IMG/VR virus record: IMGVR_UViG_3300023283_000317
Coordinates: 1-32,375 of that record
DNA from: a virus
Lineage: Duplodnaviria > Caudoviricetes
Strand: one strand, 5' to 3'
Length of the DNA: 32,375 bases
Numbering within the stretch: the first letter of the stretch is position 1; each line of letters opens with the position of its first letter. Both the position numbers and the translations under genes were made by a program. Under the pieces are notes generated by a model, which worked only from the letters and a program-made list of their open reading frames with translations, ran no database searches and was not told the origin of the DNA. Shown piece after piece: positions 16,168 through 25,334 of the stretch.

Positions 16168-18424
16168 TATCCGTGAGCTCAGCGCGACCGAACTGATCCG
16201 ATTGGTGAACTCCACGCCGCTCGGGCCGGTGCTCAATGCGCCCAAGCTGAACCGCCAGATGAACGAGGCGGGCTTCCGCATCACACCCGGCAGTAATCCG
16301 AAGCGCATCAGCCTGGTGAAGTACATCGCATGGCTGGCCAAGCGCCGCGAGCAGCCGCGCAAGGCTTCGATCAGCTACGCCGAACGCAAGCAGCGCGAGG
16401 CCGAACGCAGCCTCGCTAAGAGCCGGGCCGGCCGCGACATCGGCCCACCCCCGCCGCCCGAAGACGTGGAGCGCCGCGATCACTGCGCGCATAGTTTCCG
16501 TGCGTTCTGTGAAACCTATTTCCCCAGCGCGTTCTGTTTGCGTTGGTCCGAAGACCACCTGCGCGTCATGGCCAAGATCGAACGCGCTGTGCTTCACGGC
16601 GGGCTGTTCGCCTTTGCCATGCCGCGCGGCAGCGGCAAGACGACGCTCGCGCGTGTCGCGGGTATGTGGGCGGTGCTATTCGGGCACCGCGAGTACGTTT
16701 GTCTGATCGGGTCAGCCGAAGACCAGGCGAAGAACATCCTCGAATCCATCAAGCGCGATCTGCTCGCAAACGATCTGCTGCTGGCGGACTTTCCCGAAGC
16801 GATCTACCCGATCCGCAAGCTGGAGAACAACGCCCGCCGGCAGATCGGCCAGCTCTGCAACGGCGAGCCGACCTACATCACCTGGTCGGCCGACCGCCTG
16901 GTGATGCCGACGATGCAGGACTCGCCGTCCTCCGGCCGCATCGTCACCGTCGCCGGTTTGGACTCCAACATCCGCGGCCAGCAGCACACCAAGATGGACG
17001 GGTCGATCGTCCGCCCGTCGCTGGTCATCCTCGACGATCCGCAGACACGGCAGTCGGCGGCATCAGCGACACAGACGCGCCACCGCCTGGCGATCCTCAA
17101 CGGCGACGTGCTCGGTATGGGCGGACCCGGCGTGAAGATGGCCGGGTTCATGACCTGCACGAAAATCTACCACGACGACCTGGCCGACCAGATTCTGGAC
17201 CGCGAACGCAACCCCGATTGGCAAGGCGAATGCACAAAGATGGTGTACGCCTTCCCGTCCGGCACCGAAGCGGAACGGCTGTGGGATCGATACGCCCAGA
17301 TTCGCGCCGACAGTCTGCGTGCCGACAGCGACGGTGCGGAGGCGACCGAGTTCTACCAGAAGAACCGCGAGGCGATGGACGCCGGCGCGGTTGTCGCATG
17401 GCCCGACCGCTACAACGACGATGAGATTTCAGCGCTTCAACACGCAGTCAATCTCAAGCTCCGCGACGAAGAGGCCTTCCTCGCCGAGTACCAGAACGAA
17501 CCGTTGAGTGAGCAGGCCGAAGACGACATTCTCACCCCCGACCAGGTGGCCGATCGGATCAACGGCCGACGCCGGAAGCTCGTGCCCGCGTCCGCAACAC
17601 ACCTGACGGCGTTCATCGACGTGCACGATCGCCTGCTGTACTACCTGGTCGCGGCCTGGGAACAGGGCTTCACCGGCTACGTGGTCGACTACGGTACTTG
17701 GCCAGATCAGAAGCGAATGCACTTCACAATGCGGGATGCGAAGAAGACGCTGGGCAACTTGCTGCCCGGGGCCGGCGTTGAGGGCGCGGTCCAGTCTGGA
17801 CTGGAAGCGCTGGCGACGAATCTGCTGACACGCGAATGGAAGCAGAACGAGGGCGCGACGCGCATTGATCGACTCCTGATCGATAGCGGATATCTTCCCG
17901 GCGTCGTTGCGAATGTGTGCCTCAAAGTTCCGGGTGCGGGAAGCGTGATGCCGTCCAAGGGCGTGGGGATTCGGGCCGGTAACAAGCCGATGGCGTCGTA
18001 TCGCCGCAAGCCGGGCGAGCGACACGGCCACCACTGGTACATGCCCAACGTGTCGCGCACGACGGAGATTCGCCACGTCCAGTTCGATACCAACTACTGG
18101 AAGACGTTCGTCCACGCCCGCCTGGCGACTACGCCAGGTGATCAAGGTTGCCTGACGCTGTACGGCAAGTCGGCGAATGAGCATCGGCTGTTCGCCGAGC
18201 ACATCGCCGGTTCCGAGGTCAGCACGGTGACCGAAGGCCACGGGCGGGTCGTGCGGGAATGGGCGCTGCGCCCGTCGCGACCGGACAATCACTGGTTCGA
18301 CTGCTTGGTGGGGGCGGCGGTCGCTGCTTCGATGTGTGGAGTGCGGCTGGGTGTGGAATCCGTCGAACCGCCGAAGGCCAGGCAGCGCGTGCGGCTTTCA
18401 GCACTGCAACGGCAACGGGCGTGA
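16157..18424 (+). CDS. Terminase large subunit (lambda GpA-like nuclease domain)
   Basis: Walker A MPRGSGKTT, ILDDPQT, AFIDVH, LLIDSGY, DNHWFDCLV. Confidence 0.88.
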   Translation: MAIDIRELSATELIRLVNSTPLGPVLNAPKLNRQMNEAGFRITPGSNPKRISLVKYIAWLAKRREQPRKASISYAERKQREAERSLAKSRAGRDIGPPPPPEDVERRDHCAHSFRAFCETYFPSAFCLRWSEDHLRVMAKIERAVLHGGLFAFAMPRGSGKTTLARVAGMWAVLFGHREYVCLIGSAEDQAKNILESIKRDLLANDLLLADFPEAIYPIRKLENNARRQIGQLCNGEPTYITWSADRLVMPTMQDSPSSGRIVTVAGLDSNIRGQQHTKMDGSIVRPSLVILDDPQTRQSAASATQTRHRLAILNGDVLGMGGPGVKMAGFMTCTKIYHDDLADQILDRERNPDWQGECTKMVYAFPSGTEAERLWDRYAQIRADSLRADSDGAEATEFYQKNREAMDAGAVVAWPDRYNDDEISALQHAVNLKLRDEEAFLAEYQNEPLSEQAEDDILTPDQVADRINGRRRKLVPASATHLTAFIDVHDRLLYYLVAAWEQGFTGYVVDYGTWPDQKRMHFTMRDAKKTLGNLLPGAGVEGAVQSGLEALATNLLTREWKQNEGATRIDRLLIDSGYLPGVVANVCLKVPGAGSVMPSKGVGIRAGNKPMASYRRKPGERHGHHWYMPNVSRTTEIRHVQFDTNYWKTFVHARLATTPGDQGCLTLYGKSANEHRLFAEHIAGSEVSTVTEGHGRVVREWALRPSRPDNHWFDCLVGAAVAASMCGVRLGVESVEPPKARQRVRLSALQRQRA

Positions 18425-18436
18425 CAGGCCACCACG

Positions 18437-18877
18437 TCAATCGATGAACAGGTCGGGTCGAACGCGGAAGTGGTCAGCCAGCACGCGTAGGTGATCGACG
18501 GTCAGCGAGCGTTCACCGCGCAGAATCTTCGCCGCGTGGCTGCGATGCACGTTAAGCAGTCGGCCCAGATCGGCGGCGCTCATGCCGTGCTCGTCCATCA
18601 GTGAACGTAGCATCTCCAAACCACTGAACTGCCGCGTCTCCACAGCGTGGTGTACCGACTCGTATGCGTTGAGCAGCGTCGAAACCGAATCGAGGTAATC
18701 CTCTTGGTCATCGTTCAGATCGTGGCCGGCCATGGCGTCGATGATGTCAGTCACATTCTCCCGATCAACCTCATCATGGATTGGGCGCAGCGGGTAGAGA
18801 CCCAGCAGGCCATCCCAATTGGTCGGAATGTCGCCGATCGTCAGATGCTTACTGGTTCCGGGGGGTGTGTTGCTCAT
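18437..18877 (-). CDS. higA: HigA-type antitoxin (XRE HTH)
   Basis: LRSLMDEHGMSAADLGRLL...ILRGERSLTVDHLRVLADHF; ATGA overlap with the toxin stop. Confidence 0.88.
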   Translation of the reverse strand: MSNTPPGTSKHLTIGDIPTNWDGLLGLYPLRPIHDEVDRENVTDIIDAMAGHDLNDDQEDYLDSVSTLLNAYESVHHAVETRQFSGLEMLRSLMDEHGMSAADLGRLLNVHRSHAAKILRGERSLTVDHLRVLADHFRVRPDLFID

Positions 18878-19182
18878 AGTTCGTCCTTCCATCGATCTTT
18901 GTCGTAGTCCGCGTGGGTTAAGAAACGCAGGACGTAAACGTTGCCTCGGTTGTAGTGGATGGCGGTGATCAGGCGGTAGTTGCCGCCACCGATGTTGAAC
19001 ACAACCACCTTCCGGCCGCTGGCGACGGTCACGCCGTCGGCGTGCGGGAACGTGCGTCGCACGTCCACCAGGCTGCTCCATTCAGCCGAACGAGTCTTTG
19101 CCAGCCAGTCCTCCAGCGAGGGCTTGGCCCGACGATATCGGGTCCAATACTCGCGGATACGGGCGGGCTTGATCACGTTCAT
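18874..19182 (-). CDS. higB: HigB-type mRNA interferase toxin
   Basis: W..LVDVRRTFPHAD...VVFNIGGGNYRLI...LTHADYDKDRW. Confidence 0.92.
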   Translation of the reverse strand: MNVIKPARIREYWTRYRRAKPSLEDWLAKTRSAEWSSLVDVRRTFPHADGVTVASGRKVVVFNIGGGNYRLITAIHYNRGNVYVLRFLTHADYDKDRWKDEL

Positions 19183-19184
19183 GT

Positions 19185-19243
19185 GTAGTCATTTTGGCCA
19201 CCTATCGGCTCGAAGTCAAGCGGCCTGAAGCCAAATTGGCCAC
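19185..19243 (-). promoter_or_regulatory. higBA promoter with two 17-bp palindromic operators
   Basis: TTGACT (19219-19214)-N17-CAAAAT; boxes GTAGTCATTTTGGCCAC (19185) and GAAGCCAAATTGGCCAC (19227). Confidence 0.65.
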
Positions 19244-19417
19244 TTTTTTCTGAACTGGTGAGGCCCAGGCCTTCTGGACGGGGACGCTCAGCTCCTGAGA
19301 ACCGGGGCGTGAGCCCAAAGCAGGACGGCGGTTGAACATTTCTGTCAATACCCGTAGCGCCACTACGGGTATCGATCGGATTCATCAAGTCGCTATCCCT
19401 TCATCTCGCATCAACAG

Positions 19418-19451
19418 CGGTCAGTCCCTCTTCAACCGGCATACATACCCA
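19418..19451 (+). promoter_or_regulatory. Candidate phage-sigma promoter upstream of the tRNA-like element and head genes
   Basis: CGGTCA-N13-CGGCATACATACCCA, same spacing and 15-mer as 2223-2256. Confidence 0.55.
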
Positions 19452-19453
19452 CC

Positions 19454-19525
19454 AGCGGGATAGAGCAGCGGTAGCTCGCCAAGCTCATGCCCTGGAGGGC
19501 GCGGGTTCGAACCCCGCCCCCGCCA
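19454..19525 (+). tRNA. Degenerate tRNA-Met(CAT)-like element
   Basis: Acceptor AGCGGGA/CCCCGCC, D arm GAGC/GCTC, anticodon arm CCAAG-CTCATGC-CCTGG, T arm GCGGG-TTCGAAC-CCCGC; three A-C mismatches. Confidence 0.7.
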
Positions 19526-19537
19526 TTTAGGAATCCC

Positions 19538-19735
19538 ATGGCCGAAGAACTGTCCAACTCGATCCAAACCAATGCCGAAGGGCCGAAGAAGGCCAGCGGC
19601 GACTCCGGCTCCGTCGAGCAGCACGCGATCAATGACCAGATCGCCGCCGACAAGTACCTGGAGTCGAAGAAGGCCAGTCGCGCGAAGGGGCTCGGCATCA
19701 AGCTGGCCAAAATCTCGCCGGGAGGGACTGTCTGA
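19538..19735 (+). CDS. Putative gpW-like head-tail joining protein
   Basis: 65 aa, immediately before and overlapping the portal start, AGGA RBS; call is positional. Confidence 0.65.
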   Translation: MAEELSNSIQTNAEGPKKASGDSGSVEQHAINDQIAADKYLESKKASRAKGLGIKLAKISPGGTV

Positions 19736-21195
19736 TGTGGCCGTTCCCCCGCACCCGGAAGAATGCCGCTGCGCCGCGACGCCAGCGGGCGACGATGCCC
19801 GCCATTGTGCGGGCGCGTTACGACGCGGCGCAGACCACGGCTGAGAACGCCCGTCACTGGGCGATGGCCGACGCGATGTCGGCGGACGGTGCCGCCTCGG
19901 CTGACGTTCGCAAGAAGCTGCGCGAACGTGCTCGATACGAGGTGGCGAACAACTCCTACGCCAAGGGCATCGTGCTGACCATCGCCAACGACGCCATCGG
20001 CACCGGGCCGCGCCTCCAATTGCTCGCCGCAGACCCCAAGTTGAATCGACAGGTTGAAACGGCATTCACCGAATGGGCCAGGGCCGTCAACCTCGCTGAA
20101 AAACTCCGCGCGATGCGCATGGCCAAGGCGACCGATGGCGAAGCCTTCGCCGTGCTCACGGCGAATCCGCTGATCGAATCCCCGATCCAACTCGACGTGC
20201 AACTGGTCGAAGCGGATCGGGTCGCCTCGCCTGTCATGTCGGTGATGCCAACCGCGAACGACATCGACGGCATCATCCTCGATGTCTACGGAAACCCGCA
20301 CACCTACATGGTTCTGCGCCAGCATCCCGGAGAGTTGACGGCCTGGAAGACACAGTACGACGTGGTGCCGGCTAACGCGGTTGTGCACTGGTTCCGGACC
20401 GATCGACCCGGTCAGCATCGCGGCGTTCCGGAGATCACGCCGGCGCTTCCGCTGTTCGCCCAACTGCGTCGTTACACCTTGGCGGTCATCGCGGCCGCCG
20501 AAACCGCCGCCGACTTCGCGGCGGTGCTGTTCACCGACGCGCCGGCCAACGGCGAGGCCCAGGCGCTTGAACCCATGGACGTGGTCGAGCTCGAAAAGCG
20601 CATGGCCACCGTCCTGCCCGATGGGTGGAAACTTGGCCAGGTCGATGCCAAGCAGCCCAGCACCGGCTACCGCGAGTTCAAGCACGAGATTCTCAATGAG
20701 ATCGCACGCTGTTTGAACTTGCCGTTCAACGTCGCTGCCGGCAACAGCGCCGGCTACAACTACGCCTCTGGCCGTCTCGATCACCAGACCTACTTCAAAT
20801 CCATCCGGGTCGAGCAGGCGCACCTGGCCGAGACGGTGCTCGATCGCATCTTCGCAGCATGGGTCCACGAGGCGATGTTGATCACGGAGTTCGCGTTTCT
20901 GCGGAATGCAGGACCGATCCCGCATCAGTGGTTCTTCGACGGCACCGAGCACGTCGATCCGGCCAAAGAAGCGAACGCGCAAGCAACGCGCCTCTCGAGC
21001 AACACGACCACGCTCGCCGCCGAGTACGCCCGCCAAGGGAAGGACTGGGAGGTCGAACTGCGCCAGCGCGCCAAGGAACGGCAGTTGATGCGCCTGCTCG
21101 GCCTTGTTGCCGCCGACACACCACCCACTTCACCCGACGACGATGAGGAGTCCGACACGGATGTCGAATCCCGCGACACACGACAAGCAGCCTGA
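19735..21195 (+). CDS. Portal protein, lambda family
   Basis: LRERARYEVANNSYAKG, RPGQHRGVP, YNYASGRLD, VDPAKEANA. Confidence 0.92.
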   Translation: MWPFPRTRKNAAAPRRQRATMPAIVRARYDAAQTTAENARHWAMADAMSADGAASADVRKKLRERARYEVANNSYAKGIVLTIANDAIGTGPRLQLLAADPKLNRQVETAFTEWARAVNLAEKLRAMRMAKATDGEAFAVLTANPLIESPIQLDVQLVEADRVASPVMSVMPTANDIDGIILDVYGNPHTYMVLRQHPGELTAWKTQYDVVPANAVVHWFRTDRPGQHRGVPEITPALPLFAQLRRYTLAVIAAAETAADFAAVLFTDAPANGEAQALEPMDVVELEKRMATVLPDGWKLGQVDAKQPSTGYREFKHEILNEIARCLNLPFNVAAGNSAGYNYASGRLDHQTYFKSIRVEQAHLAETVLDRIFAAWVHEAMLITEFAFLRNAGPIPHQWFFDGTEHVDPAKEANAQATRLSSNTTTLAAEYARQGKDWEVELRQRAKERQLMRLLGLVAADTPPTSPDDDEESDTDVESRDTRQAA

Positions 21196-23263
21196 CTACC
21201 TGACTTTTCGGTGCCCGCTAACGGTTGAGGCCGCGAGCGAACCGGATAGGAAGACGCCTCGCTTTCGCATGGTGGCCTACACCGGCGGTGTGATGCGGAT
21301 CACCGGCTTCCCGCACCCGGTGGTGGTCGACCTTGAAGGATTGGCCATCGATCGCCAGGACATCCCGGTCCGCCTCGATCACAACCCGCGCCAAGGCGTA
21401 GGCCACACGCAGCGCGTGTTGATTGAGAACGGCCAGGTCGTCGCCGAGGGCCTGGTCAGCCGCGACACTTCATGGGCGCGCGACGTGGCCAAGTCGGCGA
21501 CCAACGGCTTTCCCTGGCAGGCGAGCATCGGCGCTGCAGTGGTTGAAGCCGAGTTCATTCCCAACGGCCAGCAGGTGACCGTCAACGGCAGAACGTTCAA
21601 CGGCCCGCTGCATGTGGTGCGTGGGGCCATCCTCAAAGAGATTTCGTTCGTCGACAGCGGTGCCGATACCGCCACGTCGGCGCGCATCGCTGCTCAACAC
21701 AAGGAACAAGAAGTCATGGACGACAAGAACACGAGCACCTCAGACGACGCCCAGCAGATTGCGGAGGCGACCGATGCGAACGCCACCCCAAGCAACGACA
21801 CCGACACCCAGCCGAAAGCGGACAAGACGCCCAAGTCGGCCACGCAGAAACCGCAAGCCTCGCCTGCCCCGACCGGAAACGCGGGCAACCCGACCACGTT
21901 CAACGCCTCCGTCCCCATCTCATCCGAGGATGATGCGGTAACCAAAATGCGTCAGCGCATCGCGGCCGAAACCCGGCGCGTCGAGGCGATCCAGAAACTG
22001 TGCGCCCCCGGAAATGGCAAGCACGCCGACATCGAGGCCAAGGCCATCGAGGAAGGCTGGGACGTGACCAAGACCGAGCTTCACATCCTGCGCGCCTCGC
22101 GCCCGCAGGTGCCCGCAACGACCGCCTCGCGCCCGGGCAACGCGAACTTCCGGGGGCCGCAGATGTTCGAGGCCGTGGCGCTGATGGCGTCGGGCCTGCC
22201 CAACTCGCGCATCGAGGCGCTGTACGACGAGCCGGTGCTCGAAGCGGCCGACAAGCTGCGCGGTGTCGGCATCCAGGAGTTCTGCGAGCTGGCGTGCGGC
22301 CAGCAGCTGCCGCGATTCCGGCGCGACGCGACCGGTTGGCTGCAGGCGGCGTTCAGCACCGCTTCGCTGCCGGGCATCCTTTCCAACATCGCCAACAAGA
22401 TGCTGCTGGAGGGGTACAACTACATCGAGGACGCCTGGCGCAAGCTCGCCAAGATCGCCAGCGTCAACGACTTCAAGGAGCACAGCCGCTACCGCATGAC
22501 CGGCGCGTTCAAGTTCGAGCAGGTTAGCGCCGACGGCGAGCTCAAGCACGGCAAGCTCGATGAGCAGAAGTTCGGGCAGAAGGCCGACACGCACGGCATC
22601 ATGTTCGCGCTGACGCGCCAGATGATCATCAACGATGACATGGGTGCGTTCACGGACATTCCGCGCCAGATCGGCATGGGCGCTGCCGAGTCGATCGCCG
22701 ACGCGGTGTGGGAACTGTGGCTCAAGAACCCCGTGCAGTCCGACGGCAAGACGTTCTTCCACGCCGATCACGGCAACTACGCCGAGGGTGCGGACACGGC
22801 GCTGAGCGTCGACGGTCTGACCGATGCCGAGATTCTGTTCGGTGAGCAGACCAAGCCCAACGGCCGGCCGCTGGGCATCCCGGCCAGCATCCTGCTGGTG
22901 CCCACGGCGCTGAAGGTGCCAGCGGCGCAGCTGATGAACTCGATGCAGCTGAATGAGACGACCACGGCGAACAAGCCCAAGCCGGTGAACAACCCGCACG
23001 TGGGCAAGTTCGATGTCGTCTCCAGCGTGTACCTGTCCAACGCCAGCTTCACCGGTGCTTCGAGCAAGGCGTGGTATCTGCTGGCCGACCCGAACCGCCT
23101 GCCTGCGATCGAGATCGCCTTCCTCAACGGCGTCGATCGGCCCACCGTCGAGAAGACCGACGCGGACTTCAACACGCTGGGCGTGCAGTTCCGCGGCTAT
23201 ATCGACTTCGGCGTCCGCGAGCAGGACCACCGTGGTGCTTTGAAGATGAAGGGCGAAGCGTAA
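21161..23263 (+). CDS. Prohead protease-scaffold-major capsid fusion
   Basis: Protease-like RLDHN...WQASIG...LKEISFV..GAD, low-complexity linker, capsid-like C-terminus (IINDDMGAF...DFGVREQDHRG); GAGGAG RBS before 21161. Confidence 0.87.
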   Translation: MSNPATHDKQPDYLTFRCPLTVEAASEPDRKTPRFRMVAYTGGVMRITGFPHPVVVDLEGLAIDRQDIPVRLDHNPRQGVGHTQRVLIENGQVVAEGLVSRDTSWARDVAKSATNGFPWQASIGAAVVEAEFIPNGQQVTVNGRTFNGPLHVVRGAILKEISFVDSGADTATSARIAAQHKEQEVMDDKNTSTSDDAQQIAEATDANATPSNDTDTQPKADKTPKSATQKPQASPAPTGNAGNPTTFNASVPISSEDDAVTKMRQRIAAETRRVEAIQKLCAPGNGKHADIEAKAIEEGWDVTKTELHILRASRPQVPATTASRPGNANFRGPQMFEAVALMASGLPNSRIEALYDEPVLEAADKLRGVGIQEFCELACGQQLPRFRRDATGWLQAAFSTASLPGILSNIANKMLLEGYNYIEDAWRKLAKIASVNDFKEHSRYRMTGAFKFEQVSADGELKHGKLDEQKFGQKADTHGIMFALTRQMIINDDMGAFTDIPRQIGMGAAESIADAVWELWLKNPVQSDGKTFFHADHGNYAEGADTALSVDGLTDAEILFGEQTKPNGRPLGIPASILLVPTALKVPAAQLMNSMQLNETTTANKPKPVNNPHVGKFDVVSSVYLSNASFTGASSKAWYLLADPNRLPAIEIAFLNGVDRPTVEKTDADFNTLGVQFRGYIDFGVREQDHRGALKMKGEA

Positions 23264-23324
23264 ATCAGCGCCGCGCGCCCTTTGTCGCACCTGATCCTCT
23301 CAAGCATTCAAGGAGCAACTACTC

Positions 23325-23678
23325 ATGACGGCACGATTCATTCATGACGGCGACGCCATCGACTACACCCCCGCCCCCGGAAGTGACGTCACCGCCGGCG
23401 ATGTGGTGGTCCAGGAGGATCTGGTCGGCGTGGCCAAACTCGACATCCCAGCCGACACGCTCGGCGCACTGCACGTGACCGGCGTGTTCGACTTCCCCAA
23501 GGCGACTGGCAGCGGCCAGTCGATCCCCGCCGGTGTGAAGGTGTACTGGGACGACGTCGCCAAACAGGCGTTCGCGGCAGGCGGTGGTTCCAGTTCGGGC
23601 GGTGAGAAGCTGCTCGGTAAGTCCGTCCTCGCCGCCAGTGAAAGTGACGAGACGGTGCGCGTGCGCCTGACGCAGTGA
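23325..23678 (+). CDS. DUF2190 capsid decoration/cement protein
   Basis: GDAIDYTP...VGVAKLDI...GVFDFPK...VYWD...VRVRL; directly after the capsid gene. Confidence 0.85.
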   Translation: MTARFIHDGDAIDYTPAPGSDVTAGDVVVQEDLVGVAKLDIPADTLGALHVTGVFDFPKATGSGQSIPAGVKVYWDDVAKQAFAAGGGSSSGGEKLLGKSVLAASESDETVRVRLTQ

Positions 23679-23803
23679 CCCCCCGGACCCCGGACCCACA
23701 TGTGCCCGCTGTGCTGCCATCTCGAATCACAGTTCGTTTGGCGGCGTGACGACCGCGAGCGCCGGCGATGCGACCGGTGCAACTACGAATGGGAACGACA
23801 GTC

Positions 23804-24181
23804 ATGGCCACCCCCGGCAACATGCTCGAACGCGGATCGGACTGGCTCGAACGCATGCGCACCACGCACATGTCCAGCCCCGTCGAGTACCGCAGACCCC
23901 CGGCAACCGAGGCGTTGACCGTCAATGCGACGTTCGGCCGCACGGACATCGAGATCGCCGACGAAGGCGGCACCACGATCGAGTCTCACGTGTGGGACTT
24001 CCTCATCCTCGCCGAGGAACTGACCGTTGGCGAGCCGGAACCGGGCGATGTGATCGCGGCGAACGGCAGGCAGTACGAGGTCATGGCGCTCGGCGACGAC
24101 ATCAAGGGCTGGCGATGGAGCGACCCATACCGGCAGACCTACCGGATTCACACCAAGGACATCGGAGCGCCCCCGGAGTAA
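23804..24181 (+). CDS. Putative head-tail adaptor/closure protein
   Basis: Position; DFLILAEEL...PEPGDVI...YEV...RIHTK pattern. Confidence 0.65.
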   Translation: MATPGNMLERGSDWLERMRTTHMSSPVEYRRPPATEALTVNATFGRTDIEIADEGGTTIESHVWDFLILAEELTVGEPEPGDVIAANGRQYEVMALGDDIKGWRWSDPYRQTYRIHTKDIGAPPE

Positions 24182-24185
24182 CCGC

Positions 24186-24422
24186 GTGAGTGATGTGACG
24201 AATGACAGCACGCAGAAGCAACTCGAAGCGATCAATCGCAAATTCGATCGCCTCGACGAAGCGATCCGTGGCACCCCCGTGAACGGCAGCAAGCCCGGCA
24301 TCCTCATCCGCCTCGATCGGCTGGAGCAGGACGCCAAGCGCCAGAGCAAACTGATCTGGCTGATCGTCGGCGCGCTGCTTACCGGCTTGTCGTCGGCCCT
24401 CGTCGTCTGGATCGGAGGGTAG
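24186..24422 (+). CDS. Small coiled-coil protein with C-terminal TM helix (holin-like?)
   Basis: RLDRLEQ followed by LIWLIVGALLTGLSSALVVWI. Confidence 0.6.
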   Translation: MSDVTNDSTQKQLEAINRKFDRLDEAIRGTPVNGSKPGILIRLDRLEQDAKRQSKLIWLIVGALLTGLSSALVVWIGG

Positions 24423-24425
24423 TTC

Positions 24426-24863
24426 ATGAGCCTGGTCATTGACATCGCCGACGCCCTCGCCGCCGAACTTAACGTGGCCGCGCCGGGCACTTTCAGCCAA
24501 CCGTTCACGGCCGAGCGGCAGGTGTTGCCCATCTTCGAGCTGGCCGACCTGGCGGAACTGAAGGTGACCGTCGTGCCCCGGTCGGTGCAGATCACCGGCA
24601 GCACACGCGCCACCAGCCAGTATGAGATCGCCATCGACGTCGGCGTGCAGAAGCGCGTCGGCAAACAGGTGGACGACGACGTGGAGGCGCTGAGCACGCT
24701 GGTGGACGAGATCACTGACTACTTGCGCCGGCGGACGCTTCAGGAAGTTCCGGGGGCGGCGTGGGTGTCGATCGACAACGAGCCGGTCTACGCCCGCGAG
24801 CACCTGGCCGAACAGCGTGTGTTCACCAGCGTCCTGACCGTGACCTACCGAGCGTTGAAATGA
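24426..24863 (+). CDS. Putative tail terminator/completion protein
   Basis: Position and size; C-terminal beta strand VFTSVLTVTYR; GGAGG RBS. Confidence 0.6.
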   Translation: MSLVIDIADALAAELNVAAPGTFSQPFTAERQVLPIFELADLAELKVTVVPRSVQITGSTRATSQYEIAIDVGVQKRVGKQVDDDVEALSTLVDEITDYLRRRTLQEVPGAAWVSIDNEPVYAREHLAEQRVFTSVLTVTYRALK

Positions 24864-24884
24864 CCCCGTGCGGATGCGAACAGC

Positions 24885-25313
24885 ATGTTCGGCTTCGAGA
24901 TCACCAAGCTGTTCTTCGACAAGAAGGCGGTCACGAGCAGGACCGACCGCACGACGCGACGTGTGCTCAGCCGGTTCGGCGCGTTCGTGCGGCGCACGGC
25001 GCGGCAGAGCATCCGCAAGCGCAAGAAGCCCGCGCCGCCCGGCAAGCCGCCGAGCAGCCACATCGGTCTGCTGAAGAAGTTCATCTTCTTCGGCTACGAC
25101 CCCCGCCCCCGGAAGCGATCGGTGGTCATCGGGCCGGTGCAACTCACGCAGAAGGGACGGGGTGAAGCGCCGGCCCTGCTCGAGCACGGCGGAATGGGTA
25201 AGGCCGGCAAGAAACGCGTCCGGTACAGACCACGGCCGTTCATGGTTCCCGCGTTCGAGAAGGAACAACCGAAGCTGCCCGCCATGTGGCGCGACAGCGT
25301 CCCCCGGAAGTAG
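24885..25313 (+). CDS. Basic neck/tail completion protein (HK97 gp10-like)
   Basis: Arg/Lys-rich; PGKPPSSHIGLLKK, LEHGG, RPFMVPA. Confidence 0.7.
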   Translation: MFGFEITKLFFDKKAVTSRTDRTTRRVLSRFGAFVRRTARQSIRKRKKPAPPGKPPSSHIGLLKKFIFFGYDPRPRKRSVVIGPVQLTQKGRGEAPALLEHGGMGKAGKKRVRYRPRPFMVPAFEKEQPKLPAMWRDSVPRK

Positions 25314-25334
25314 GCATAGCAAGGAGGCACGACG

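Noticed and set aside
18437-19081. 214-aa extended HigA from the ORF track
   Set aside because: The extension overlaps higB; ATG 18877 with ATGA coupling gives a normal-sized antitoxin
19454-19525. tRNA as the prophage attachment site
   Set aside because: Lies between terminase and portal, with no integrase or duplicated 3' fragment nearby
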